A stretch of DNA of 61,711 bases, filler included, from 4 parts of 4 records of this genome joined end to end with filler, not necessarily neighbours in it; one strand, 5' to 3'. Counted from the first letter of the whole stretch, positions 20,707-31,435 are shown. The notes: generated by a model from the sequence alone, not told the origin. Made by a program: numbers and translations.

Positions 20707-21809
20707 CCGGCGGCCTGTCTGTAGCAACGTGTCTGGTCCGGCTCCCACCCGAAAAAGATCGGATCGCCCTTGGACAGATCACGGAACTCGCTGGTCTGCG
20801 GCAAGGCCACGCTCATCTCGCTGCCCGTGGCGCTGTCGCGCAGGATCAGCTGGCTGTTGGCACCGTTGAATAACACGCTTTCTACCGTGCCGTTGCCGGT
20901 ATTGCCCAGATTGCCAACGTCCTCTTGGCGGCGCGACAAACGCACCGCTTCGGGGCGAACAAACACCTGCGTCATGTCGCCCTCTTTCAAACCTTCACCC
21001 GCATCAACGCCCTGCAAGGCGACCCCATCACGGGTCAGCAGTTGCAAGCTGCCTGCACCTGCCACCTGCACCTTGGCCTGATACTTGTTTGCCTCACCGA
21101 CAAACCCGGCGACGAAGGCCGTGGAGGGTTGGTAATAAAGATCCCGCGCGGTGCCGACCTGTTCAAACACACCATGGTTCATCACCGCAATCTGATCGCT
21201 CATCACGAGGGCTTCGGATTGGTCGTGGGTGATATAGACAAAGGTTGTGTTGAACTCTGATTGCAGCTTTTTCAGCTCAATCTTCATATGCTCGCGCAGT
21301 TTCAGATCCAAGGCGCCCAATGGTTCATCCAAGAGCAGCACATCGGGCTCCAGCACCATACAGCGGGCAATCGCCACACGCTGTTTCTGGCCGCCAGACA
21401 GGGAATCCACCGGCCTGTCCGCCACGCCGCCAAGGCCGACGCGTTCCAAAACACGTTCAACCTGTTTCTTGATATCCACCTTGTTCACGCCGCGTTGGCG
21501 CAGGCCAAAGCCGACATTCGCGCCGATGCTCATCATCGGGAACAGCGCCAGATGTTGAAAAACCATGGACACGGGCCGCTTGTTTGGCGGCACGTTCAGC
21601 ATGCTCTTGCCCTTGATCAACAGATCACCGCCGCTGGGCGCTTGAAACCCCGCGATCATCCGCAACAGCGTGGTCTTGCCACATCCGGACGGGCCAAGAA
21701 TGGAGAAAAACGTGCCCGGCGGCACGTCAAAGCTCACCTCTTTGACAGCCTGAAAATCATCAAAACTCTTTGAGATCGCACGGCATTCAAGATCAGCAGT
21801 ATCAGGCAT
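20703..21809 (-). CDS. PotA-like ABC transporter ATP-binding protein
   Basis: GPSGCGKT, LSGGQKQR, LDEPLGALD, THDQSEA. Confidence 0.93.
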   Translation of the reverse strand: MPDTADLECRAISKSFDDFQAVKEVSFDVPPGTFFSILGPSGCGKTTLLRMIAGFQAPSGGDLLIKGKSMLNVPPNKRPVSMVFQHLALFPMMSIGANVGFGLRQRGVNKVDIKKQVERVLERVGLGGVADRPVDSLSGGQKQRVAIARCMVLEPDVLLLDEPLGALDLKLREHMKIELKKLQSEFNTTFVYITHDQSEALVMSDQIAVMNHGVFEQVGTARDLYYQPSTAFVAGFVGEANKYQAKVQVAGAGSLQLLTRDGVALQGVDAGEGLKEGDMTQVFVRPEAVRLSRRQEDVGNLGNTGNGTVESVLFNGANSQLILRDSATGSEMSVALPQTSEFRDLSKGDPIFFGWEPDQTRCYRQAAG

Positions 21810-21827
21810 CAGAGGGGTCTTTCACAC

Positions 21828-21856
21828 AAAGAAGCGGAGCGCGAAGATCGCGCTCC
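21828..21856 (-). terminator. stem-loop after the substrate-binding protein gene
   Basis: GGAGCGCG-N5-CGCGCTCC followed on the minus strand by GCTTCTTT. Confidence 0.5.
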
Positions 21857-21879
21857 AACCGTAGTTTTGTCAAACTGGC

Positions 21880-22941
21880 TTACTTGGCCGCGTTGATCCG
21901 GTCCAAGGTGGCACCTTCCAGCGCCTCAAGGCCCGCAGGCACCGCAGGATACCATTTGATGTTGTCGATCGCCTCTTGCGGGAAGCTGGCCTGATACTTT
22001 GCCTTCAGCGCATCGTCTACGCCAGCATCACCGCCTTGCGAGGCGGTGAAGTTGCCCGCTGCTGTGGTGATCATCGCCGCGATTTCGGGCTGCATCACAA
22101 AGTTGATCCAAGCGTAAGCGGCATCATCCGCGCGACCACGTGCAGGCATGGCAAATGTGTCGATCCAACCCAGCGCGCCGGACTTGGGCGCAACAAAGGT
22201 GATGTCGGCATTGTCATCGTTCAACTGCCAGCCACCGGTGTCCCATGCCATTGACGCGGTCACTTCGCCGGAACGCAGCAGGTTCTTGATCTCGTCACCG
22301 CCGCCCCAATAGGTTTTGACGTTGGATTTACAGTCGATCAACTGCGCCTCAACCTTGTCGAGGATCGCTTGATACGCATCGGCATCCGCATAAGCGGCAA
22401 AGGGATCCATGCCCATGGAGAAGGCGAAACCAATCAGTGTTGGACGCTTCAAACGGTAGGACACCTTGCCTGCAACGGATGGATCACACAGGTCCATGTA
22501 GTCTTGCACCTGACCTGCCATCGCAGTGTTCACCACCAGACCGGAGGTGCCCCAAACGTGCGGAACGCCATAAACCTCGCCATCGACCATGGTGTTGCCC
22601 TTGGTCGCTTCCAACATGGACGGGATGAACAGGCTGGTGTCGATCTTGGACATATCCAGTGGCTTGTAGATGCCAAATTCTGCCTGCGCACCGGCGATCC
22701 GGTCTTGGCTTGGCTGCGCCAGATCAAAACCGCCGCCATTGGTTGCACGCAGCTTGGCAACCATTTCTTCGTTGTTGGATTTGGTCACTTCTACGGTGTG
22801 GCCGGTTTCCGCCTCGAACTTGGCAACCACGTCTTCGGGCGCATATCCGCCCCATGTCAGCAGGCGCAGCGTGTCTGCCTGCGCCGAAAATGTCGTCAGC
22901 GCCAGCGCAGCGCCGGTCGCAAATAATACAGTCGATTTCAT
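21880..22941 (-). CDS. PotD/PotF-like extracellular solute-binding protein
   Basis: Signal peptide, LLTWGGY, FEAETG, SNNEEM, WGTSGL, WIDTF motifs. Confidence 0.9.
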   Translation of the reverse strand: MKSTVLFATGAALALTTFSAQADTLRLLTWGGYAPEDVVAKFEAETGHTVEVTKSNNEEMVAKLRATNGGGFDLAQPSQDRIAGAQAEFGIYKPLDMSKIDTSLFIPSMLEATKGNTMVDGEVYGVPHVWGTSGLVVNTAMAGQVQDYMDLCDPSVAGKVSYRLKRPTLIGFAFSMGMDPFAAYADADAYQAILDKVEAQLIDCKSNVKTYWGGGDEIKNLLRSGEVTASMAWDTGGWQLNDDNADITFVAPKSGALGWIDTFAMPARGRADDAAYAWINFVMQPEIAAMITTAAGNFTASQGGDAGVDDALKAKYQASFPQEAIDNIKWYPAVPAGLEALEGATLDRINAAK

Positions 22942-23327
22942 GTCACTCTCCCGTGGACGCAAATTGATTTTGCATTGGATGTTGGCGCATCAGCCCCACA
23001 TGGTCGCCACCAACATGGCATATTGGTAGGGGCAGTCCGGGCAAAGGACAACTGTTTTCGAATTGTTTTTTGTCCCGAAGGTCAAATTTTTTGTTACAGT
23101 TTTGTGACGGCAAACGGTTTTAATTCAATGACTTACCCGCTCATTCGCGCACAAACAGTTGTTCATCTGGAAACTTTCGACGGGTGCCGCGCAGGCTTCC
23201 ACAACGCCAAATTGCGGGCAAATCGGCGCCAGACTCTGCACACGGTTCACCCATCAAGAACCTCAAAAATCAGGTTAAATTCAGTTGGCTTGCCATCCCC
23301 CATGTCGCAATGAGACAACAGATGGGG

Positions 23328-23600
23328 TTACAGCGCCTTCTTCTGACGCAGGATCGCATCGTGGTTTTTGCAAAAGCTTGGCGGCGCATCCGCAACCGGA
23401 TGACGGGCCAGCCAAGCCTGGCAATCGGCCTCACTGTCGCAGGCGCAGCAATTCTGGACGCTGGCGCGAATATCCTTTTGTGTGGTCGGCCAGGCAGACC
23501 CCTCGCCAAGCGCCGCACCCGTGGCCTGAAGCATCCGGCGGCGCAAACGCATCCGGTCCTCGAATTTCTCGATTGTCATCTCTGAAAACTGCAATGCCAT
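23328..23600 (-). CDS. small Cys-rich protein (DUF6455-like)
   Basis: CxxC-x5-C-xx-WL...P.FCxN pattern; GGAGG RBS 7 nt before ATG 23600. Confidence 0.75.
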   Translation of the reverse strand: MALQFSEMTIEKFEDRMRLRRRMLQATGAALGEGSAWPTTQKDIRASVQNCCACDSEADCQAWLARHPVADAPPSFCKNHDAILRQKKAL

Positions 23601-23655
23601 CACGGTTCCTCCATGCGCCCTCAAGGGACATTAACATAGAGTTTGGACCCCGCAT

Positions 23656-23669
23656 TTGATCTGGAACAA
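23656..23669. promoter_or_regulatory. FNR/DNR-type binding site
   Basis: TTGAT-ctgg-AACAA (one mismatch to TTGAT-N4-ATCAA), about 55 nt upstream of the start at 23600. Confidence 0.6.
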
Positions 23670-23706
23670 ATCCGGGGCCGTCAAAAACCTGACCGATATT
23701 GCGCGC

Positions 23707-24234
23707 TCAGGCGACCTCAGCGGCCTTTTCGCGGGTGCAGGACAACCAAGCGCCCAATGCGCCCACCTCGGGTGCAACCTGCACCGCCAAACCTTCGGAG
23801 AACTCCAAAAACGCCTCTCGGTTCAGGGCATTCACGCCCGCAATGACCGGAATATCCTGCGCCAGCGCGGTTGCAATGACGCTGCGCATACCGCGGCCCG
23901 AGGCCTCGTGCTTGCCGAATTTGTTGATAATCAACACATCCACATCCGCGCCCAATCGCGCCGACACTTCGCCCACTGCCGTTTCTAGCGCCGCAGGGTC
24001 CAACCGGCATCCCTTGGCCTCAGCCCCGAGCGATTGCGAAATGCGGATCACCGGACCATCAGGCAGCACTTGCACATCCATATCGCAGGGGTGACAGGTT
24101 TCGCGCTCAGAATTGATCTGAACGATCCCGGCGGTTTTCATCCCCTTTGCGGCCAGCTCATCAGCCAAGCTGGCCAACAGCAAGTCGAGGTCGCCTTTGT
24201 GTTCGGTGATTGTATAGGCAAGGTTCATCATCAT
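23707..24234 (-). CDS. DUF2478 family protein
   Basis: IRISQSLG...GCRLDP, IINKFGKHEASGRG motifs; coupled to moeA. Confidence 0.85.
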   Translation of the reverse strand: MMMNLAYTITEHKGDLDLLLASLADELAAKGMKTAGIVQINSERETCHPCDMDVQVLPDGPVIRISQSLGAEAKGCRLDPAALETAVGEVSARLGADVDVLIINKFGKHEASGRGMRSVIATALAQDIPVIAGVNALNREAFLEFSEGLAVQVAPEVGALGAWLSCTREKAAEVA

Positions 24235-25511
24235 CAGCCTTCAAATGGTAAGAATTCCAACATGCTGCCCAAAGGCAGCTCTTTCACGTCGCCCGGCAGG
24301 CGCACCAGACCGTCACAGCCGACAAGCGGCGCCAGTTGTGCAGAATGCACCTGAGGGCCCAAGTGTACAACCTCACGGCCCTGATCATCCCGGCCAACAA
24401 TCGTCGCAGGGCGATATTCGCAGCGTCCGGTTTTGTGCTGCAATGGCGTATCGGCCCGCACCACTCGGGCCGTGCGCAGGCCATCCGCCGCGCCAGACAA
24501 ACGCTGGCACAACGGTTTCGCAAACAAGGTCCAAGTGACAAAGGCCGCCACTGGGTTGCCCGGCAGACCAAGGAACAAGGCCTGCCCGATGCGCCCGAAA
24601 GACAGCGGCTTGCCCGGTTTGATTGCAACACCCGCGAATTTAAGGTCTCCGCCTGCCTGAAGGATTGCCCCATGCACATGGTCCTCTTCGCCCACCGACA
24701 CGCCGCCCGTGGTGATCACAAGATCAGCAATCTCCGAAGCGTCCACCATGGCCGCGGCCAGCGCCTGTTTGGTGTCAGGGCATTCACTTTGACGCACCAG
24801 TTCAGCGCCAATGGCCGCAACGGCAGATTTCAACATTGGCCCGTTCACGTCATAGATCTGACCCGGGTCGAGGGTCTCTCCGGCGCGGGCCAACTCTGAT
24901 CCCGTGCAGATCACAGCGATACGCAGCTTGCGCACCACCTGCACCTTGGCCAACCCCGCGCCAGTGATCGCGGCCAGCTCGCGGGTGGTGATCACCTGCC
25001 CCGCAGGCACGATCACATCGCCCAGTGCCACGTCCTCTCCGGCGCGGCGGATGTTCTGGCCCACGGTGGGTGCGCGGTCAAAAACGGCCATTCCACCGGC
25101 CAGTTTCACCTGTTCCTGCATCACCACCGTATCGGCACCCGCCGGGATCGGCGCGCCCGTGAAAATACGTGTACATGTGCCCGGCTCTAGCGGAGCTTGC
25201 CCCGCCTGCCCCGCCGCGATCCGCTGGACCACGGGCAAGCGAAAGGGCCCCTCCTGCGGGCAATCGCCCCGGCGCAGGGCGTAACCATCCATGGCCGAAT
25301 TGTCGAAAGGCGGCATCATGATCTGCGCCTGCACATCGCGGCCCAGAACCCGGCCAAGCGTCTCATCCACTGGCAATTCTTCGGTCTCGGAAATGCGGCC
25401 CGTGACCTGACGGATCTGCTGCAAGGCCTCAGACACAGGCAGCAATGATTTGGTCTGCGGCGCGTCCGCGCAGCCGCAGCCGGGCAGTTCAAGTATCTCG
25501 TGTTTTGTCAT
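24234..25511 (-). CDS. moeA: molybdopterin molybdotransferase (MoeA/Glp)
   Basis: PPFDNSAMDGYA, RIFTGAP, TGGVSVG, IKPGKP, LPGNP. Confidence 0.95.
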   Translation of the reverse strand: MTKHEILELPGCGCADAPQTKSLLPVSEALQQIRQVTGRISETEELPVDETLGRVLGRDVQAQIMMPPFDNSAMDGYALRRGDCPQEGPFRLPVVQRIAAGQAGQAPLEPGTCTRIFTGAPIPAGADTVVMQEQVKLAGGMAVFDRAPTVGQNIRRAGEDVALGDVIVPAGQVITTRELAAITGAGLAKVQVVRKLRIAVICTGSELARAGETLDPGQIYDVNGPMLKSAVAAIGAELVRQSECPDTKQALAAAMVDASEIADLVITTGGVSVGEEDHVHGAILQAGGDLKFAGVAIKPGKPLSFGRIGQALFLGLPGNPVAAFVTWTLFAKPLCQRLSGAADGLRTARVVRADTPLQHKTGRCEYRPATIVGRDDQGREVVHLGPQVHSAQLAPLVGCDGLVRLPGDVKELPLGSMLEFLPFEG

Positions 25512-25559
25512 GTCGTGCCCTTTCGGCAGCGCCCAAACGACCAAAGGAGCGACCAACGG

Positions 25560-26126
25560 TCAGCCCACATGATACCCGCCTCCGGGCAGGCCGCGCCGGT
25601 CCAGCATATGCTCAAGCATCTGGCGCAGGTCCGTTGTCATCAATCGCGCCCGTGCCAGTGGCAGCAAGATCGCATTCTCTAAAATCAGATGGCGGCGTTT
25701 CTTGTCTGCAAATCCGCGCAGCACCGCCCGCTCGTCCCTCGTCAGATCAGACCTTTGCGCGTGCAGGCCATCCAGAATGACCAGACAGGATTTGGCCCCC
25801 TCCAAATGGCTGGCATGATCTTTGCTAAGCCTGTCCAATGTCTTGCCCACCTGGTCTTCCGGCTCGCATCTTTTGCGCAGCATCGGAAACAGGTCTTCCT
25901 CTTCGTCGGCAATATGCGCCGACAGTTCCTTGCGTAGAAATCCACGGGTTTGATCCAGATCCACAGGTTCTCGCGAGGGTTTTCCAGACAACCGGTCCAG
26001 CACGGCACAAATATGCCGCAGCCGGTAATGATCTTCATTGATCAGGTCGAGCGGACTGCCAAGCCGGGCCATTTCAGCCGGGCTTAACCAGTCTCCCCTC
26101 CGGGAAGGATTGAGGCGCATATTCAT
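25560..26126 (-). CDS. hemerythrin-like (HHE) domain protein
   Basis: H...HxxxEE (HIADEEEDLFP)...DH...HxxxE (HLILENAILLP) diiron-ligand pattern. Confidence 0.85.
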   Translation of the reverse strand: MNMRLNPSRRGDWLSPAEMARLGSPLDLINEDHYRLRHICAVLDRLSGKPSREPVDLDQTRGFLRKELSAHIADEEEDLFPMLRKRCEPEDQVGKTLDRLSKDHASHLEGAKSCLVILDGLHAQRSDLTRDERAVLRGFADKKRRHLILENAILLPLARARLMTTDLRQMLEHMLDRRGLPGGGYHVG

Positions 26127-26140
26127 CTCCCTTCCAACCG

Positions 26141-26621
26141 TCAAAATGCCTTAAGGTCGATCCCCACAATTTCCGCCGCATCGGTCAGACGCTGTGTCAG
26201 GGCTTGCACTTCGTGAACCCAGGCGTTCTTTTCCATCGCTGCGCGCAGCTTGGGTGCAACCGCATCGAAGGGCAGCACGGCACCTTCGGCAACAGCGTCC
26301 ATTCGCACGATATGAAAACCAAACCGCGAGGCCACGGGATCTGCGGTGATCTCACCTTCGCTCAGATCGCGTAGAGCGGCTTCGAACTCCGGTACGGTAT
26401 CGCCGGGTGACAACTGCCCCAAAAGCCCGCCGTTCTGGGCAGAGGAACAATCGCTGTCGTTCTTGGCCAAGCGGCCAAAGCATTTGGGATCAGCCAAGAC
26501 CTGCTCGGTCAGCGCCGCCGCTTTGGTCAGGGCCTTGCCGCGGGCCTCGTCATCTGACGGGTCTGCCGCGACCAGAATATGCGACACCTCCCAAAGAGGC
26601 GGGGCGCGGTAACGGTCCGGG
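26141..26621 (-). CDS. parvulin-type peptidyl-prolyl isomerase (PpiC/NifM-like), 5' truncated
   Basis: Frame open to the contig end: PDRYRAPPLWEVSHIL...SDCSSAQNGGLLG...TVPEFE...SRFGFHIVR. Confidence 0.88.
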
Positions 26622-26721
26622 NNNNNNNNNNNNNNNNNNNNNNNNNNNNNNNNNNNNNNNNNNNNTTAATTAATTAANNNNNNNNNNNNNNNNNNNNNNN
26701 NNNNNNNNNNNNNNNNNNNNN
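26622..26721. other. artificial contig spacer
   Basis: 44 N + TTAATTAATTAA (stops in all six frames) + 44 N. Confidence 0.99.
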
Positions 26722-28574
26722 ATCCATGTGAGATCTTGCAAGCCGATCCCGGCCCTGCGCCGGACATCCGAATGCTCAGCACCGATGAGGCACCGCCATG
26801 GTCGGGCGGCGGCGCGGCCTATGCCATCCCCGCGGTGCTTGAGGAGATCAAGAAGCATCAAACCACCCTGATCTTTCATAACACCCGTGCGCAGGCGGAA
26901 ATTTTCTTTCACAACCTGTGGCTTGCCAATGAGGACAGCCTGCCCATCGGCATTCATCACGGATCGCTGGACCGCGAACAACGCGCCCGTGTTGAGGCGG
27001 CGATGGTGCGTGGGGATTTGCGGGCGATTGTTTGTACGGGCAGTCTGGATCTGGGGATCGACTGGGGCGATGTGGATCTGGTGATCCAGATCGGTGCGCC
27101 CAAAAATGTCAAACGTCTGGTACAGCGGATTGGCCGCGCCAATCACCGCTATAACGCGCCCTCCAAGGCGCTTCTGGTGCCTGCGAACCGGTTTGAGGTG
27201 GTCGAATGTGTGGCTGCACTGGATGCGGTGCTGGCCGGTGATCTGGACGGTGATCCGCGCGGCCCCGGCCCGCGGGATGTTCTGTGCCAGCATATCCTGA
27301 TCGCGGCCTGTGCCGGCCCTTTTGATGCCGATGATCTGTTCGCCGAAATGACCAGCGCGGGAGCCTACGCCGCCCTGCCCCGTGCAGAATTTGACGCCTG
27401 CCTCGAATTTTGCGCCACGGGCGGCTATGCGCTTGCGGCTTACGACCGTTGGCAAAGGCTGTTGCAGCGGCCCGATGGACAATGGCAGCTGCGAGATCCC
27501 CGTGCCGCGCAGCGCATCCGCATGAACATCGGCACCATACAGGACACCGACACGCTCAAGGTTCGGATGCGGCGCAATCGCGGTGGCAAACCTTTGGGCG
27601 AAATCGAAGAAGGGTTCGCCGCAACGCTGACACCCGGTGATACCTTTTTGATCGGCGGGCAGATCGTCAAATACGAGGGCCTGCGCGAGATGACCGTTGA
27701 GGTCAGCCGTGATGCGGCCAAGAAACCCAAGATCGCCACCTTTATGGGCACGAAATTCGCCACCTCCACCCAGCTTTCTGCGCGGGTGCAGCAGATGTTC
27801 ACCCAAGACAGCTGGCCCGAACTGCCGCGCCATACGGCCGAGTGGTTGACCCTGCAACGCGAGGTCAGCCAGCTGCCGCAGCCGGGCCGTTTGCTCATTG
27901 AAAGCTTTCCCCATGACGGGCGCGAGCAGACAGTGATTTACGGCTTTGCCGGGCGCAACGGTATGCAAACGCTGGGTCTGCTGCTTACCAAACGGATGGA
28001 GGAATTGGGTTTGCATCCGATGGGCTTTGTCGCCACGGATTATGCCACCTTGATCTGGGGGCTGGATGCGGTGGATGACCCTGCGCCGTTGTTTGATCCG
28101 GGCGCATTGCAGGATGGACTTGAGACATGGCTGGCCGGGAACGCGGTGATGAAACGCACCTTTCGCGCCTCGGCCACAATCGCAGGTTTAATCGAACGCA
28201 ACACGCCTTCGGCACGCAAATCAGGGCGGCAGGCGACGTTTTCTTCCGATATTCTGTATGACACTTTGCTGCGCTATGATCCTGATCATCTGATGATGCA
28301 GATCACCCGCGAGGAGGCGTTGCGCGGCCTGGTTGATTTTGGCCGCATCGAAGAGATGATCGCCCGTGTGGATGGCCGGATTGATCACAAACGGCTGTCG
28401 CGGGTGACCCCGCTTGCCGCGCCGTTGTTTCTGGAAATGGGCCGCGTGCCGGTCAAAGGCGCCGCCGAGGAACGTTTGCTGGCCGAAGAGGCAAGCCGAT
28501 TGATGGAAACCTCGGGCCTTGCGCAGATCGCACCGCCGCCTTCGGACAAACCGCGTTGGCGGGCGGGCTTCTGA
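26722..28574 (+). CDS. ligase-associated DNA damage response DEXH helicase (Lhr-core), 5' truncated
   Basis: TLIFHNTRAQAE, HHGSL, CTGSLDLGIDWG, QRIGRANHR, RMNIGTI motifs. Confidence 0.93.
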
Positions 28575-28592
28575 GCCGCCCCCCAGCGCCGG

Positions 28593-29528
28593 TCATTTTG
28601 CCCCGCTTTCATTGACGATCCAGTCCTGAACCCGCGAGGTGATCGACCCCTTGCGCGGCGCGGCGTGGTTGATCTTGATGAAATACCCCCGGCCAGAGGT
28701 CACAACATGCGGCAGCACCTCGACCAGCTCGCCACTGGCGATATGATCGTCAATCAGACTGTGCCAACCCAGCGCGATCCCCTGCCCCGACACGGCGGCG
28801 CGGATAATCATCTCATAGGTGTTGAACGTCGCCCCCTTTTGCAAAACCCCGCTGCGCCCGCCTGCTTGGGACAGCCATTCAGGCCAGTCAAACCAAGGCG
28901 CTGCGGTGCTGCCCGCCCCCAGATGCAACAGTTTGGATTGATGGTCCCAAAGGTCATTTGCAGCGGACAGCGGGCCTATCGTTTCCAAAAATCGGGGGTT
29001 TGCGATGGCAGACACGGCCTCGGGGAACAACAAATGCGCCTCGGGGCCGACATCGGGTTTGGCCGCCATAAAGATCGAGATGTCAGGCTGCACGTCGCCT
29101 TCCTGTAAGGGGTCCTGCGAGGCCAAAACCCGCAGATCAATCTCGCCCAAATGTTCGCGCAACATCGGAAGGCGCGGCAGCAACCAAAAAGACGCAAACG
29201 CATAGTCCACGGCGATCAGAACACGGTTGGGCGCGGTGCGGCGGCGGCGCTGGTCAAATTGATGGGCGATCGTGTCGAGCGGTTCTGCCGCCATCTGAAA
29301 CAGCGCCGCCCCGCTGCCAGTCAGTTCGATCCCGGTTGAGCGGCGAAAGAATAATTTGGTCTGCAAGGTGTCTTCGAGGTTCTTGATACGTTTGCTTAAA
29401 CTGGGTTGCGACACGCCCAGTTCTTTGGCCGCGCGGGTGATACTGCCGTTGCGACAAACCACAACAAAGGCACAGAGATCGGCCACGCTCCACAACAGGT
29501 GGCGATAGCTATTGGTTATGACGGCCAT
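28593..29528 (-). CDS. LysR family regulator (GcvA/choline-sulfate-regulator-like)
   Basis: HTH GSITRAAKELGVSQPSLSKRIKNLE; DYAFASFWLLPRL; GQGIALGW. Confidence 0.93.
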   Translation of the reverse strand: MAVITNSYRHLLWSVADLCAFVVVCRNGSITRAAKELGVSQPSLSKRIKNLEDTLQTKLFFRRSTGIELTGSGAALFQMAAEPLDTIAHQFDQRRRRTAPNRVLIAVDYAFASFWLLPRLPMLREHLGEIDLRVLASQDPLQEGDVQPDISIFMAAKPDVGPEAHLLFPEAVSAIANPRFLETIGPLSAANDLWDHQSKLLHLGAGSTAAPWFDWPEWLSQAGGRSGVLQKGATFNTYEMIIRAAVSGQGIALGWHSLIDDHIASGELVEVLPHVVTSGRGYFIKINHAAPRKGSITSRVQDWIVNESGAK

Positions 29529-29557
29529 TCAATTCTCTCACTTCAACGGCAAAAAAC

Positions 29558-29594
29558 CATACTCTACACATTTCCCTCATAGGAAAAAGCTTTG
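29558..29594. promoter_or_regulatory. putative LysR operator in the divergent promoter
   Basis: CATAG-N7-CTTTG (near ATAG-N7-CTAT) at 29578-29594, with a weaker CATAC-N7-ATTTC copy 20 nt upstream. Confidence 0.4.
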
Positions 29595-29659
29595 CCGTTC
29601 ATATCTGCGTCGGTCGCAGAACATGCACAGGCAAGGCGGCACAGGGGGGAATAACCAAA

Positions 29660-31318
29660 ATGCAACCACCATTAACCGATCTGCCGATCAAGACGGCGGA
29701 CAAGGGATTTTATTCAGGCTTTAACGTCGATGTCACAGTGACATCAAAACTGGTCGTTGGCGCGCTGGTCATTTGGGCCGTCGCCTTTCCCGAACAGGCC
29801 GGTTCGGTCCTGTCGGGATTCAACAGCTTTATTCTGGCCAACTTTGGCCTTTGGTACATCTATGTGATGGCGTCATTTGTTCTGGTTTGCCTCGTGCTGG
29901 CCCTTTGGCCCGCTGCCGGACGGCTCAAGCTTGGCCTGCCTGACGATGTACCGGAATTTTCAAACTTTTCGTGGTTCTCGATGATGTTCGGCGCGGGCAT
30001 CGGGGTCGGCATGTTGACCTGGGCCGTGGCCGAGCCGATTTACCACTTCCGCAACAACCCCGAGGTTATTCAGGGCGCGGTTGAGGGCGGCACGGCGGAA
30101 AATTTCATCAATGCCTACCAATGGTCTTACCTGCACTGGGGCTTCTCGGCCTGGGCCTCTTATGCCATCGCGGGCCTGTCTTTGGCCTATTTCGCCTATC
30201 GCCGCGGCTTGCCGCTCACCATCCGGTCATCTCTGACACCACTGTTCGGCAAGGCGCTTTCGGGTCCGGTTGGCACGGTGATTGATATCGTCGCGGTGAT
30301 TGCGACAATCCTTGGGGTTGCGCAGACGCTGGGCTTTGGCGTGGAACAATTTGTCGCCGGGATGAGCCGGATCGGCATTGGTGAATGGCTGATGAACGAC
30401 GAAGGCACAGCGTCCTCGCTGGGCATTATCGTGGCGATTGTGATCATCATGGGCGCATCGACCCTGTCGGCGCTGTCTGGCGTTGGCAAAGGCATCAAAT
30501 GGCTGTCGAATATCAACATGGGCTTGTCGATTTTCCTGCTTGGGTTCCTGATGCTGTTCGGCTCCACCTGGTTTGGCGTTCAGGCGTTGTTCGTGGGCAT
30601 GTGGGAATACATCATCAACCTGCCGTCTATGATGTTTACCGTCTATTCCGGTGACGGCACCGGCGGCGTGGCAGACAAGCTTGAAGGCTGGCAGGGCGCA
30701 TGGTCCGTGTTCTATTGGGCGTGGTGGGTGGCGTTTGCCCCCTTTGTTGGCCTGTTCCTTGCGCGGATCTCGCGGGGGCGGACCATTCGTGAGTTTGTTC
30801 TGGGCGCGTTGATTGTGCCTGCGATCATGTGTTTTGTCTGGTTCTCCTTTGCGGGCGGCACGGCGATTGACATGGAGTTGAACGGCGCAGCCGATGGTGC
30901 GATTTTTGGGGCCAGCGATGGCGACAAGATCTTTGCCATGACCGGCCTGATGCTGGGTGAAGTTCTGGGTTGGGGCATGGCGGTGATCATCGTTGTTCTG
31001 CTGATGACCTATCTTGTCACCTCTGCGGATTCGGCTGTGTTGATCGTCAACACCATCAATGCCGCAGGCGACGAAGGGCCAAAGGCGCGTCCGCATATCC
31101 TGTTCTGGGGTGCAGCACTGGCGGCTGTGGTAGCCGCGCTGTTGCTGGTGGGCGGTTTGACCGCGATCCAGACGGCGATGGTGATCGGGGCACTGCCGTT
31201 CTCTTTGGTGATGGTGTTGATGTGGATCGCCCTGATCAAGGCGATCTACAACGATGGCCGGCGCGAAGCGGTTGGCGTGACCACCACTTTTGACCCGGAC
31301 ACATCCGAAAGCCAGTAA
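29660..31318 (+). CDS. BCCT family transporter (betaine/choline/carnitine)
   Basis: SWFSMMFGAGIGVG, HWG, FYWAWW.AFAPFVGLFLARISRGRTIREF, VTSADS. Confidence 0.95.
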   Translation: MQPPLTDLPIKTADKGFYSGFNVDVTVTSKLVVGALVIWAVAFPEQAGSVLSGFNSFILANFGLWYIYVMASFVLVCLVLALWPAAGRLKLGLPDDVPEFSNFSWFSMMFGAGIGVGMLTWAVAEPIYHFRNNPEVIQGAVEGGTAENFINAYQWSYLHWGFSAWASYAIAGLSLAYFAYRRGLPLTIRSSLTPLFGKALSGPVGTVIDIVAVIATILGVAQTLGFGVEQFVAGMSRIGIGEWLMNDEGTASSLGIIVAIVIIMGASTLSALSGVGKGIKWLSNINMGLSIFLLGFLMLFGSTWFGVQALFVGMWEYIINLPSMMFTVYSGDGTGGVADKLEGWQGAWSVFYWAWWVAFAPFVGLFLARISRGRTIREFVLGALIVPAIMCFVWFSFAGGTAIDMELNGAADGAIFGASDGDKIFAMTGLMLGEVLGWGMAVIIVVLLMTYLVTSADSAVLIVNTINAAGDEGPKARPHILFWGAALAAVVAALLLVGGLTAIQTAMVIGALPFSLVMVLMWIALIKAIYNDGRREAVGVTTTFDPDTSESQ

Positions 31319-31338
31319 TAACACGTCGAGCAGTTGCG

Positions 31339-31378
31339 CGGCCCGCCGACCTTTGGTCTGGCGGGCCGTTGCGTTTTT
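31339..31378 (+). terminator. rho-independent terminator after the BCCT gene
   Basis: CGGCCCGCC...GGCGGGCCG stem followed by TTGCGTTTTT. Confidence 0.65.
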
Positions 31379-31435
31379 GAAAGGCGGCTCACCACGGCGC
31401 TTGCCAAAGCGGCCGATTTCCAACATGAAAACAGG

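Noticed and set aside
26666-26677. TTAATTAATTAA repeated three times in the window
   Set aside because: An artificial six-frame stop linker within N spacers; not a biological repeat or CtrA site.
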